DNA of 64,000 nucleotides from an uncultured Alphaproteobacteria bacterium (GTDB lineage Bacteria; Pseudomonadota; Alphaproteobacteria; CAAHEQ01; UBA3637): NCBI GenBank assembly GCA_934216505.1, contig CAKQBW010000001.1, positions 20,553 to 84,552 of the forward strand, read 5' to 3'. Shown piece by piece: positions 1 to 9,410 of this stretch (position 1 is its first letter; each line of letters starts with the position of its first letter). The notes under the pieces were generated by a model. It saw only the letters and a program-made list of their open reading frames with translations, ran no database searches and was not told where the DNA came from. The position numbers and the translations under genes were made by a program.

Positions 1-2
1 AC

Positions 3-953
3 GGAGGCTCGGATAAAGGTGCAGGCGGCGGAACAAATGGCGGCTCAGAAAACGCCCCTGACGGTGGGTCCGATGGAGGCGCGGACAAAGGTGCAGGCGG
101 CGGAACAAGTGGCGGCCCAGGAAAGGTCTCTAAATCTGGGGCTGTTGGAACTGTTGAAAACAGACTCAAATCTGCTAAATCTGAAACACCTGAATTTATC
201 ACAACAACAAGCCAATATGGGGGGGATGATGGCAAGGCACTTACCCACACAAAAAAATATTCTAAAGACGGAGACTTTTTAATGCATGAAGATATAGTAG
301 ATAATTTAACCGGTTCAAGGACGCATATAGACCATACTTATGATTTTGCAGGGGGGGGATTTCCCGAAGAAAAAAAGAGTGTGCGACATGATTATAATCC
401 TGATGGGACATGCGCATATGTTTCAGAGATGAAGGTTAATAAAAATGGAAGAGATAGGGTGAGTCAGAAATATAAATCTGACGGGACAATTGATTATTAT
501 TCAATAGATTGCGTTGATAAAAATGGAAAAGAGAGGTACTATTTTTTTGAAAATGATCTAAGAAAAGAGAAAAGGGATTACAACTGTAAGTATAGAGGGA
601 AAGCAGTCAAAAGTGTGTTCGAGCTAACTCGTAAGGATGAAGGAGAGCAGGAACGAACTATTGTCTATCTTTCAGGGGAAAGGTATAGAGAACGCCAGTA
701 TAAGGATGATGAAGGTTGCAATATAACTTCAAAAAGCTTCTATGATTCATCGGATCGTTTGTGTAAACACACCTATGTAAATCATGACACAGGGGTAAAC
801 ACAAGTCTTGACTTAAAATATTACAAGAATGATAAAAATGAGAATATGATTGAACGAAAATTCACTGATTCATCGGGGAAGGTCTATAAACATATAATTT
901 TAAATGAGGCAACAGGTGAAGAAAAGGATATGTTAAATTCAAATGAAAAATAG
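3..953 (+). CDS. 3' portion of a large repeat protein whose start lies upstream of the window: Gly/Ser/Asp-rich 25-aa repeats followed by a Tyr/Asp-rich (YD-like) C-terminal domain
   Basis: Frame 3 is open from base 3 with no stops and is continuous with listed ORF 282..953. It translates as GGSDKGAGGGTNGGSENAPDGGSDGGADKGAGGGTSGG..., then HTYDFAGGGF / RHDYNPDGT / YKSDGTIDYY motifs. A 75-bp DNA direct repeat is visible at about 10-135. Confidence 0.6.
   Translation, partial: GGSDKGAGGGTNGGSENAPDGGSDGGADKGAGGGTSGGPGKVSKSGAVGTVENRLKSAKSETPEFITTTSQYGGDDGKALTHTKKYSKDGDFLMHEDIVDNLTGSRTHIDHTYDFAGGGFPEEKKSVRHDYNPDGTCAYVSEMKVNKNGRDRVSQKYKSDGTIDYYSIDCVDKNGKERYYFFENDLRKEKRDYNCKYRGKAVKSVFELTRKDEGEQERTIVYLSGERYRERQYKDDEGCNITSKSFYDSSDRLCKHTYVNHDTGVNTSLDLKYYKNDKNENMIERKFTDSSGKVYKHIILNEATGEEKDMLNSNEK
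8..135 (+). repeat. 75-bp in-frame direct repeat (Gly-rich 25-aa unit) in the 5'-truncated repeat protein
   Basis: GGATAAAGGTGCAGGCGGCGGAACAAATGGCGG and GGACAAAGGTGCAGGCGGCGGAACAAGTGGCGG lie 75 bp apart. Confidence 0.6.
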
Positions 954-2433
954 GTTATGGACGATTTGGGGGTATATTTTTACACTGTTCTTATTGAACG
1001 GGTGCAAGTCGTCTATTTCCTATAATTCCGACCTGTTTAAACCTGAGCAGGCAAATTGTTGGCCGTGCAAAATGTATATGCAAGCCTTTAATGCTATTAA
1101 AGGGACGATGGATGCTGTTTTGCCTTTAATCGCAGAGAATACCCTTTCTATTTTAAAGGTAGTTCTACCTATTTGGCTGATGTTTAAAATTTTGCCTTGG
1201 TTTCTTTCCCCAACGACTCCGAACTTTAAAAAAGATATATCCGAAATGGTGATTGTTGGTTTTAAGGTAATAATAGTGGTTCTATTACTTTCTTTCAAGA
1301 CAGGGACAGGTTCCGCTTCCAGCACGGTTTATATTGACTTTGATTCGCCCAATTCTTCCTCTTCTGTAAAGGGATTACCGGGATATACTTTAACAGGAAT
1401 GGAACAAATGTCGGGGTCAGGAAAAATTTTGTTGTACGATGTGGCGGGAAAGATGTTTCTTCAACCGATTGCGGATATCTTTTTGGGGGTGTCTGAGTTG
1501 GCTTTGGCAACGCCTTCTTCGGTGGGGGTGTCTATGTCTAATTACAGTTCATCGGGATTGACAGGCTCCACCTTTGGTGATTTTTTTACCGATTTATTGG
1601 GTGAATTAAGTAAAAAAACAACAGGAACGAATGTGCTAGATACTTCGGCAATTTCTTCCCAATTTAGGTCATTATATACAGGCGACAAGATATCCGAAGA
1701 TGCTATGTTTGGTGAATTACCCATGAAAATTCAATCTATTGTTTGGTTGTTGTATGATGCGTTGTGGAGTGGTATGGGGTTAGCTTTTCAATTATTTTTG
1801 TTAAAATCTATTCCCGCATTTTTGGCTGGCATTTTAATCTTTTGGGCTCTTTTTGAAATGATGTTAAAATTGCCGATTTCTTTTGTGGAAGCGATTTTAT
1901 ATTTAGGTTTGACAGTGATTTTATTGCCCTTTTATTTAGCTTATTGGATTTTTCCAAGCCTATCAAGAGGTATTTTAAAAAAACTTTTCCATCAAATTTT
2001 TTCGGCCTTTTTTGATATTTTATTTTACTGTATTTATGTGGCGTTTTTGGTAAGTATTTTGCGGGTGTATCTGCAAGCGAATAGTGCTGTTTCTTACCTG
2101 TTTAATTCGGACTTTCAAAGTCAAGAATCAGGATTACGGGAAGCCGCTTCAAACATGAATACCTCCTTTTTGATTATGACGGTTTTAATTTGGGGAATTT
2201 TAAAATTGTTTGACCATGTCCAAGAATATAGTTCTTTCTTTTTTGACGGGGCAGGCCAGAAATCGGGTATATCTAAGCTGATTAACCGCTTTAAAAAGTT
2301 GGCTTATCAACTTGGAAAGGCGGCAGTGATGGCTGCAGCGGGAAATTATGCGAGTGCTGGGAAGGCTGCTCTTGATGCGGGGAAAGAGGCGCAGGGCATG
2401 GCCAGTGATGCGATGGGGGAAGCCAATAAATAG
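943..2433 (+). CDS. polytopic inner-membrane protein (496 aa) with lipobox-like N-terminus (LLNGC), periplasmic CWPC motif and Ala/Gly-rich C-tail; possibly TrbL/VirB6-like
   Basis: Multiple predicted TM segments (e.g. IVWLLYDALWSGMGLAFQLFLL, AILYLGLTVILLPFYLAYWIF). Motif ANCWPCKMY sits before a TM segment. C-terminal tail is AAVMAAAGNYASAGKAALDAGKEAQG. The start overlaps the stop of the upstream gene. Confidence 0.45.
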   Translation: MKNRLWTIWGYIFTLFLLNGCKSSISYNSDLFKPEQANCWPCKMYMQAFNAIKGTMDAVLPLIAENTLSILKVVLPIWLMFKILPWFLSPTTPNFKKDISEMVIVGFKVIIVVLLLSFKTGTGSASSTVYIDFDSPNSSSSVKGLPGYTLTGMEQMSGSGKILLYDVAGKMFLQPIADIFLGVSELALATPSSVGVSMSNYSSSGLTGSTFGDFFTDLLGELSKKTTGTNVLDTSAISSQFRSLYTGDKISEDAMFGELPMKIQSIVWLLYDALWSGMGLAFQLFLLKSIPAFLAGILIFWALFEMMLKLPISFVEAILYLGLTVILLPFYLAYWIFPSLSRGILKKLFHQIFSAFFDILFYCIYVAFLVSILRVYLQANSAVSYLFNSDFQSQESGLREAASNMNTSFLIMTVLIWGILKLFDHVQEYSSFFFDGAGQKSGISKLINRFKKLAYQLGKAAVMAAAGNYASAGKAALDAGKEAQGMASDAMGEANK

Positions 2434-2444
2434 GAAAAAGAAAA

Positions 2445-5438
2445 ATGCAAAAATTTATTCATAGACTTATTTATATTTTATTGGGAGGACTTTTCCTTTT
2501 TGGTATTTCCTTGGGGCGTATTTCGGATATTCCCGGTTTTGATTATATCGTTGCCTTTTTGTGGGGCGGGGTCGTTGCTTTGCTATGTTTAGCCCTTGGC
2601 CGAAGAAAAGGATGGTGGGTTTTGTTGGTTGTGGTTTTGTTGGGGCAACCTGAACATGCTTGGGCAGATTCCTCTGTCCAAAGTTATTACAAGACCTATT
2701 GCGCAAAAGCAGAACAAGCCAAACAAAATAATTGGAAAGGAGAAAAGGAATGTGATGCTGAAGTTTTAGAGAAAGCTAGATATATTACAGCTTCTCAAAA
2801 AGGGACAACAACTAATGTTGGCAATCAAAATGAAGTCTTGTGTTCTTGTTCATCTGAATATGATTGTGCCCAAAAATTGATGACATTATGTTCTAATTAT
2901 GAAAGACGTCATCATTTGGAGAATGAAAAAAATAAAAAAGTTCATACCGTGATGGAAATTTTGGCGAATGAAGAGTCTGGGTGTTGGCCTTGTGATATGG
3001 CGGCGGTTGTCTTTGTGGTGATTCAAAATTTAAGTTTTACCCTAAATTCAGTGATGGTTCAGGTGGCTTTTATGTTGTTGAAACTCTTTTTTCTGGGCTG
3101 GATTATTTTTACGGGAATTACCTCTATCGCATTCCCAAGTAAGACTTCAACTTTTGTATCGCAAACTTTAATTCGCTTTATTGTTGTATCGTTAGTGGCG
3201 ATTGTTCTTTCCTCCAATGGAATGACAGCCTTATATACCAATTTTTTAAACCCAGTGATGGGGATTGGCATTGGTTTATCCGAAAAGGTGAGTGAGGCGG
3301 CTTTACCAACGGATAATTTTGGAACAACGATAACAAATTTGGTTTCTTCATCTACCCCGACGACAACTCGCACTTCTATGAATTATTGCCAGACAGGGGA
3401 TTCAGCCAGTTTTTCCAACATGATGAATAACTTTTTGGGAAATATGTCAAGCAGACTTTTATCATCCCGAGAAATGGGATATTCTTCCTATAATTCCAAT
3501 GTCAATAGTTATATGGCCACGACGCTTTCTCAGCAACTGATTCCTTTAAATAATGACAGCAATCAAGAATCCTTGTTAAATGATCAAATGAAGAATCAAT
3601 TGTTGTGTATGACGCAAAAGTTTTATAACCAAGTGGGCCCTTTTACAGCGATGGGACAGTCGTTGGTTGAATTTTCACGGGCAGATGAATCCAGTTATTT
3701 TGGTCTTAAGTTCCCAAATTTGGGAATGTGGCTGACGGGGTGGTTGTTGGTGGGAGTTTTTACTATTTTTGGCTTTTTAGTCGCCTTTCGGTTGATGGAT
3801 ATTTTTATGCGTTTGGCTTTGTTTTTGATTATGATTCCTTGGTGTGTGGCGGCAATAGCGTTCCCTATCACACGAGACTTTACAAGGAAAGGGTGGAATT
3901 TCTTTTTACATACAATTGTGGAATTTTTGGGATTAGCGTTGGCAATAGCCTTAGTTATGGTGATGTTTGAAAGTGTTGTCAGTCCTGATTCAGATAATTT
4001 AAGAAATGCCATCATGGCCCCTTATTCCAAAGATTATGGTCAAAATTTATATGATGTGATTTACAGTGGTGGGGCGGGGCGTTTCTTCTTTATGTTGATT
4101 ATTTCGGCTTATTTTGCGCTTAAAATTATGCAATCTATGACCTCTATATTGGAAGGATTGTTTGGGGTGAGTGGTGCAACCTCGGCGGGGTTGTTCTCTG
4201 AAATGGCGATGACAACAGTGGCTAGAGCGCAGCAGATGACCCGAAAAGCGACTGAGATTTCCAATAATAAAAACTTGCGCTTTAAAACGGCGGATATGGA
4301 AAAAGAAGAAGACATCAAGACAATGAAGAAAGATTTGCCCCGCTTGCAGGATAATATCAATCTACGGGCACTTCAACGGGATAATTTGGCCAAGAAAGCC
4401 GCTGAAATGGTGGCGCAAAAGGAACAGGCAGAAAGGAAAGCTGCATTGGCTTCGGCGACACAAGCAGAAAAAAAAGCAGCCCTTGAAGCAGCAAAAAAAG
4501 CACAGGAGGCTCAAAAAGAGGCTGAAATGGCTGAAAAAAAATTACAGTTAGCCAAGCAACAATTATTGAATAAACAAGCCAAAATAGCGGCGGCTGAAAA
4601 CGAATTAAAAAATATGTATTTGGGCTTTAAAACCTCATCGGCCAGTTTTGCCCCCCGTCGTTATGCCGAAAATTCGGCGAATGCCTTGCATTATTATTCC
4701 CAAAAAATGGCGGGAAAAGCAGAAAGGATTTTGGTGGGGGGTGGTCAATTATTGAATAAAACAGGGATTGGGGCCATTATTGGGGTACCGATGGTTTATG
4801 CGGGAAAACTGATTTCTTGGGGGTTGCGGGGAACCACAAAAACAATTTCGTCTACCGTCCATGCCGTTGGGGCTACCCCTGAAACAGTGAAAAATACAGT
4901 TTCTGCTGTTGTGAATGCCCCTAAAAACATTGTTAAAGGGGTGCAACAAGGGGTTAAAAATGCGACAGAAACGACTAAAGATTTAGTTGGCTTTTCCCTC
5001 CATATGACGAAAAAGGCGACCTATGATGTTCCTAAAGCGGCGATTAAAGAGACCGTATCGGCGGTGGTAAATGCGCCCCAAAACATTGCCAAAGGTGTAA
5101 AGGAAGCGGCTGAAACAACCAAAGATGTGGTGGGCTTTTCTGCTCATGTGGTTAAAAAGGCCACCTATGATGTTCCTAAAGAGGCCATTAGGGGGACTGT
5201 ATCAGCAGTGGTAAATGCCCCTCAAAATATTGTTCAAGGTGTTAAGAGTGCAGGAACGGCGACAAAAGAGGCAGCGGGCTTTGCAAAATACATGGCGAAA
5301 AAAGTGGCCTACGATAATCCGAAAGCCGCTATTAAAGGGGCCGTCTCGGCGGTGGCAAATGCACCCAGAAATACGATGCGAAAGATTAAAAATGCCGCCA
5401 AATTTCCAGGGGATTTGGTAAAAAAGATTTTTAAGTAA
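2445..5438 (+). CDS. 997-aa polytopic membrane protein sharing the CWPC motif, with coiled-coil region and four ~48-aa C-terminal repeats; possibly a VirB6/TrbL-like paralog with C-terminal extension
   Basis: N-terminal TM segments are followed by a Cys-rich periplasmic stretch and ESGCWPCDMAAVVFVV before a TM segment. There are several more TM segments. A Lys/Ala/Glu coiled coil (KKAAEMVAQKEQAERKAALASATQAEKKAALEAAKKAQEAQKEAE) follows. The C-terminus carries 4 repeats of ATYDVPKAAIKETVSAVVNAPQNIAKGVKEAAETTKDVVGFSAHVVKK. Confidence 0.45.
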   Translation: MQKFIHRLIYILLGGLFLFGISLGRISDIPGFDYIVAFLWGGVVALLCLALGRRKGWWVLLVVVLLGQPEHAWADSSVQSYYKTYCAKAEQAKQNNWKGEKECDAEVLEKARYITASQKGTTTNVGNQNEVLCSCSSEYDCAQKLMTLCSNYERRHHLENEKNKKVHTVMEILANEESGCWPCDMAAVVFVVIQNLSFTLNSVMVQVAFMLLKLFFLGWIIFTGITSIAFPSKTSTFVSQTLIRFIVVSLVAIVLSSNGMTALYTNFLNPVMGIGIGLSEKVSEAALPTDNFGTTITNLVSSSTPTTTRTSMNYCQTGDSASFSNMMNNFLGNMSSRLLSSREMGYSSYNSNVNSYMATTLSQQLIPLNNDSNQESLLNDQMKNQLLCMTQKFYNQVGPFTAMGQSLVEFSRADESSYFGLKFPNLGMWLTGWLLVGVFTIFGFLVAFRLMDIFMRLALFLIMIPWCVAAIAFPITRDFTRKGWNFFLHTIVEFLGLALAIALVMVMFESVVSPDSDNLRNAIMAPYSKDYGQNLYDVIYSGGAGRFFFMLIISAYFALKIMQSMTSILEGLFGVSGATSAGLFSEMAMTTVARAQQMTRKATEISNNKNLRFKTADMEKEEDIKTMKKDLPRLQDNINLRALQRDNLAKKAAEMVAQKEQAERKAALASATQAEKKAALEAAKKAQEAQKEAEMAEKKLQLAKQQLLNKQAKIAAAENELKNMYLGFKTSSASFAPRRYAENSANALHYYSQKMAGKAERILVGGGQLLNKTGIGAIIGVPMVYAGKLISWGLRGTTKTISSTVHAVGATPETVKNTVSAVVNAPKNIVKGVQQGVKNATETTKDLVGFSLHMTKKATYDVPKAAIKETVSAVVNAPQNIAKGVKEAAETTKDVVGFSAHVVKKATYDVPKEAIRGTVSAVVNAPQNIVQGVKSAGTATKEAAGFAKYMAKKVAYDNPKAAIKGAVSAVANAPRNTMRKIKNAAKFPGDLVKKIFK
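4870..5400 (+). repeat. ~3.7 tandem copies of a 144-bp (48-aa) in-frame repeat at the 3' end of the 997-aa membrane protein gene
   Basis: ACCTATGATGTTCCTAAAG recurs at 5019 and 5163; a diverged copy lies near 5307. Confidence 0.7.
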
Positions 5439-5495
5439 AAATTTACTTTTAAAATGAAAAAAAATTGTGTATAGTATAGAAAAAGGAGTCAAGTT

Positions 5496-6473
5496 ATGGA
5501 AGAGATTGTATTTCCAAATCAATTAAGAATGTTGCGCCGTGTTCGTGGGCGGCGAATGACGGAAATCGCCAAATTGCTTGGATTATCTATTTCGGCTCTC
5601 AGTAAAATAGAAAAAGGTTATCGCCGCTTAAATGCTGCGCAAATTCAAAAAGTGGCTAAATTTTTGGATTGCCCAACCGAGGTGATTTTGGTGTCTTCGG
5701 CTTCTTCTCAACCAGAGGTTTTAAAGGCCTGGCAAGACGAACAAAAGAAACGCTCAGGAATAAATTTAGGGGGGGGGCTTAAAACTTTAGGGGCAGGCTT
5801 ACGCTATATTCGGGGCCAAAAACAGATGACTTTAAATGGGGTGGCTAAGGGGGCAAAAATGACTTTGTCCGTCTATCACCGAATTGAAATGGGACAACGG
5901 GAAGTTGATGAAAAGACCTTTGAAAATATTGCCCGCTCTATGGGAATGAGTGCCGATGATTTGCAATTAAAAATTTATGAATTGGATAACGCAGGGGCTT
6001 TGGACGAATTGAAAAACAACACCAATAAAACAGGAGTGGCGTTGTTTAAGGGGGGGTATAATGACTTGCCGATGTCCCGATTGATGATGCGGGTGGCTGA
6101 ATCAAAGGAAATTACTTTGCCCATTACAGGCACTGTTTTAGAAAACGCCCAAGTAAAAATGCATCAGGACAATCCAACGGGCTCAGTGTTGTGTCCTTCT
6201 ACTTTGGCAAATGATCCAAATTTGTATGCCCTGCGTACAGTGGGAGGTCAGGCGAATGCATCTTTACCCGAAGGGGCGGTTTTGGTTGTTTCTCCCACCA
6301 TGCCTCTGCGCTTAAATGATTGGGTTTTGGTGTCCAAAGATGATCACACCTTTTTTATGCAATTAAAAGGTGTGCAATCTGACATATGTGAGGTTGTGTC
6401 TTTTGATAAAGGGAAAAAATGGACCTGTCATAAATCTTTATTGCAACGCATCGTTTGGGCCGTGTTGATTTGA
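5496..6473 (+). CDS. XRE-family transcriptional regulator with two tandem HTH_3 domains and a degenerate (Ser-less) S24/LexA-CI-like C-terminal domain
   Basis: Two helix-turn-helix blocks (LRMLRRVRGRRMTEIAKLLGLSISALSKIEKGYRRL and LRYIRGQKQMTLNGVAKGAKMTLSVYHRIEMGQREV). The C-terminus (LRTVGGQANASLPEGAVLVVSPT...NDWVLVSKDDHTFFMQLKG) matches the LexA/CI fold, but the Gly-Asp-Ser-Met nucleophile is replaced by GGQAN. An extended -10 (TGTGTATAGT, 5466-5475) and a GGAG RBS lie upstream. Confidence 0.7.
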   Translation: MEEIVFPNQLRMLRRVRGRRMTEIAKLLGLSISALSKIEKGYRRLNAAQIQKVAKFLDCPTEVILVSSASSQPEVLKAWQDEQKKRSGINLGGGLKTLGAGLRYIRGQKQMTLNGVAKGAKMTLSVYHRIEMGQREVDEKTFENIARSMGMSADDLQLKIYELDNAGALDELKNNTNKTGVALFKGGYNDLPMSRLMMRVAESKEITLPITGTVLENAQVKMHQDNPTGSVLCPSTLANDPNLYALRTVGGQANASLPEGAVLVVSPTMPLRLNDWVLVSKDDHTFFMQLKGVQSDICEVVSFDKGKKWTCHKSLLQRIVWAVLI

Positions 6474-6498
6474 GGAGTGAGGGGGAAAAGGGGGATCT

Positions 6499-7026
6499 GT
6501 GTTTAATGAAAATTTAAATCCGCTGTTAAAAGCATTCCAAGAGCAAAAAGTTTCCAAACAAAATACAGAATTGTTGGTGGCCCAAAGGTTGGTCAATTTA
6601 TATCGTTCATTACATTGTTTTAAACCAGAATTTGTTGATGAATACAATCAGTTGTTGCTGTCTGCAACAGTGGAAGAAAAACGGTTGTTATCCACTTTAA
6701 TGGGGGGCAGTGAGGTGCGCAGTTATTTGGATTTTTTGCAACAACAGTTTCACCAAAATCAAAATGCGGATTCTTCTCAACAAAATCAAAATAAAGGGTA
6801 TTTGCCTAATCCTGACCAAGATGAGGTTGCCTTTGACACCTCAGAAAATATCCATATTTCAAAAGAGGAATGGCATAAGATGCAAGAACAGCAACGGTTG
6901 TTGATGGAACAAACACAACTTTTGGCTGATTCAGTAAAGAATGTCAAACAAGTTGCACAAGGGGTTGAAAAACAACCGATGGAAATGGGACAAAATTATT
7001 CAGACATTATAGAAGATGAGGGTTAG
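6499..7026 (+). CDS. hypothetical Gln-rich protein (175 aa)
   Basis: ORF only; no recognisable domain. Sits in the same orientation and cluster as its neighbours. Confidence 0.45.
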   Translation: MFNENLNPLLKAFQEQKVSKQNTELLVAQRLVNLYRSLHCFKPEFVDEYNQLLLSATVEEKRLLSTLMGGSEVRSYLDFLQQQFHQNQNADSSQQNQNKGYLPNPDQDEVAFDTSENIHISKEEWHKMQEQQRLLMEQTQLLADSVKNVKQVAQGVEKQPMEMGQNYSDIIEDEG

Positions 7027-7030
7027 AAAA

Positions 7031-8242
7031 ATGAATCAAGAAAGAATTATAAATGCTTTAAATAGTTATGAAAGAACACAAGAGTCTTTGGAAAAAACAG
7101 TTGATGTGTTTGTTTCTGAGTTGGGGGAAAATTGGACAGAGCAAGTTTTTCAAAAGTTGGGGGGATTGCCACCTGATTTAAAGGAAAAGTTGAACGATGT
7201 GTTCAATTATTATGCGTCTTTGACGGCGTGGAATGAAGCCCAAACCTATTTAAATTTGGCTGAATTGCCTGATTCTGAAATAATGGAAGAACGGTTGCCT
7301 GTTTTAAAACATTGGTTGGATTTTTTTGGAGAGCCAGGGCAAAATTTATATCGTCAATTAGAGGCGAAAATAGCGGCTCAAGCCGAGGCAAAAACGCCTG
7401 AAGAAGATTTAAATTTACCTTATCCAACAGAAGAGGAAGCCCAAGAACCTGTTTTAGAAGAAGAACAGGGTGCCGACTCTGTTCCTATGGAAGAATCAAC
7501 GGAGGAGCCCATTTTGCCTAGTGATTCAGAAATTCACCAGGAAGTTGTGTCAGCCCCTGAAACTCTTACTGAACCTCAAATCCCTATTTCTGAGCCAGAG
7601 TCTGAACAAGAGCCAACCCCTGACTTTCCTTATGCGGAAGATTCAGAGGAGGTCTTTACCGTTAAAAAAGCCCTGAAAATGATTCGTCTTTTGGACGACT
7701 TGCAAGCCTGGCTTTCTTCCCGTTGTTTGGAATTGGGGAATATAGAGGTTTTTGCCTATCCTTATTATGGTATGTTGGTGGATTTAATGCGTCAATCGGT
7801 CAAAGCAATTCAAGGGGCAGAAGCCCTTCAAGACATTAGTGTCGTGAATCATTTTTATGAAGGAGGGCTTGAGGCATTGCGCCGCAAAAGACAAGCGATA
7901 GAGTCGGATATTCAAGTGGCCGTGGAAAATTGTGAATCTGATACAACGGCCTTGATTGATAAGAATGTGGATTTGGATAAGGTGAAAAAGACTTTGGGTG
8001 ATTTAGATGAAAGTAATGAAACAGAATATTTGGGCCCAGCTCCCGATGGATTTGAATTGTTGGAGGAGGAAACACCTTTTGACGAAAAGGCCGTGAAGGA
8101 ACAATATCAAAAATTAGAAGAGGAAACTCAAGAAAAAATAAATAGGATGGAAAAAGACGAAACAGAAAAAAAGACTTCACAAAACCCGCAAAATAGTGTA
8201 CAAAGAAAGTTAAGTTTTTCGTTGAAACCCAAAAAAACATAA
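7031..8242 (+). CDS. hypothetical highly acidic protein (~403 aa)
   Basis: The ORF track starts at 7016; the ATG at 7031 lies 9 nt after GAGGG. Glu/Asp/Pro-rich low-complexity middle region; no recognisable motif. Confidence 0.45.
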   Translation: MNQERIINALNSYERTQESLEKTVDVFVSELGENWTEQVFQKLGGLPPDLKEKLNDVFNYYASLTAWNEAQTYLNLAELPDSEIMEERLPVLKHWLDFFGEPGQNLYRQLEAKIAAQAEAKTPEEDLNLPYPTEEEAQEPVLEEEQGADSVPMEESTEEPILPSDSEIHQEVVSAPETLTEPQIPISEPESEQEPTPDFPYAEDSEEVFTVKKALKMIRLLDDLQAWLSSRCLELGNIEVFAYPYYGMLVDLMRQSVKAIQGAEALQDISVVNHFYEGGLEALRRKRQAIESDIQVAVENCESDTTALIDKNVDLDKVKKTLGDLDESNETEYLGPAPDGFELLEEETPFDEKAVKEQYQKLEEETQEKINRMEKDETEKKTSQNPQNSVQRKLSFSLKPKKT

Positions 8243-8254
8243 AAAGGACGCTAA

Positions 8255-9409
8255 ATGTATTTAAAAAAAATTTGTTTTTTTCTTTCTTTTGTCGCTTTTT
8301 TCTTGGGAAAAGCTTTCTCGGTACAGGCGGGAATGGATTTGACGCCTTCTTTTAAGTATTTTGATTTGGAAATGCCTCTCAGGTGTCAGGTAGATTCTTT
8401 TAACGAACAAGGCGTGGCCACTTTTGTGCCTTTAACACAGAATGATTTTGTTGTTCGTTTGCCCGCTCAAACAGGGGTGTTGCCTAGGTTTAAGGTCAAT
8501 AACTTTTCTTTCAGAAAACAACCTTTGGATCAAGCGTTAGTAAATTTATTTCATGAAACAAAGATTGAAATTGAATCTGAATTAGAAGTGTGCCCTGTGA
8601 TGTCGGCGACTTCTTTAAACGGGGAACTATCGGCAGTGATTGAAGAATTGACGAAAAAAGCCGGTGTGTTTTTTAGTTACGATGCCGAAAAGAAAGTTTT
8701 AACGTTGAAAGAAAAATCAAAGGCGGTTATACAACTGCCCCATAATGAACAAGTGATGATGGCGGTTGTAGATGCCATGAGTGGTGGCAAGTTTAATCCA
8801 ATTTCGGTTGATTGGCATAATTATCAACTGACACTATCACTGACCCGTTCTGAGTTGGAAAAAGTGCGTTCTTTGATGGGGGCTTTGATAAAGGAAAAGC
8901 GGCTGTTGTCTGTTCAGATGTCCGTTTATGAAGTCAAACCGAACGCCAATATTTTCCATTGGCAACAAATTTTATCTTCTTTTGGGGCAGATAGAGTGGC
9001 CTCTAGTACGCAAGGGGTGGCGGGAAATTTGATGGTTTTAAAGCCGATGGTGAATGCCTATCAGTTGGTGGCGAAAGCGATGAATTATGATCAAGTAATT
9101 CCGTTGGCACAGGGGCAAACAGTTGTTCCCAATGGGTGGCGTGTGCGGTTTAATTTTGGGGAGTGTATGTTAGAAAGCCCCTATACTAAAATGTCTGTTT
9201 TGTTTAGTTCAGATATGAAAAATAAAAGGCAGACCAGTTCCACTTTGACGATTGATAGTCAAGAAGGGGAGGTTGTGTCCTTTGATTTTTCCACTGCCTT
9301 AAATCAAGAAGCGGCGGTTATTGGGATACCTGTGCCCAATAAAAAAACATCAGAACTTTTATTGATTATGAAATTTAACTATATAAATTTAACAAAAGAA
9401 GGAGAATAA
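8255..9409 (+). CDS. compact secretin-like outer-membrane protein (384 aa) with signal peptide
   Basis: Signal peptide MYLKKICFFLSFVAFFLGKAFSVQA. N0/STN-like block FSFRKQPLDQALVNLFHETKIEIE. Secretin-N-like block LTLSLTRSELEKVRSLMGALIKEKRLLSVQMSVYEV. C-terminal part resembles the secretin core and its typical ending (PLAQGQTVVPNGW ... AAVIGIPVPNKKTSELLLIMKFNYI). Confidence 0.45.
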   Translation: MYLKKICFFLSFVAFFLGKAFSVQAGMDLTPSFKYFDLEMPLRCQVDSFNEQGVATFVPLTQNDFVVRLPAQTGVLPRFKVNNFSFRKQPLDQALVNLFHETKIEIESELEVCPVMSATSLNGELSAVIEELTKKAGVFFSYDAEKKVLTLKEKSKAVIQLPHNEQVMMAVVDAMSGGKFNPISVDWHNYQLTLSLTRSELEKVRSLMGALIKEKRLLSVQMSVYEVKPNANIFHWQQILSSFGADRVASSTQGVAGNLMVLKPMVNAYQLVAKAMNYDQVIPLAQGQTVVPNGWRVRFNFGECMLESPYTKMSVLFSSDMKNKRQTSSTLTIDSQEGEVVSFDFSTALNQEAAVIGIPVPNKKTSELLLIMKFNYINLTKEGE

Positions 9410-9410
9410 A

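Noticed and set aside
19-282. Listed plus-strand ORF 19..282 (87 aa)
   Set aside because: Alternative frame of the Gly-rich repeat region. Frame 3 is the one continuous with the downstream YD-like domain.
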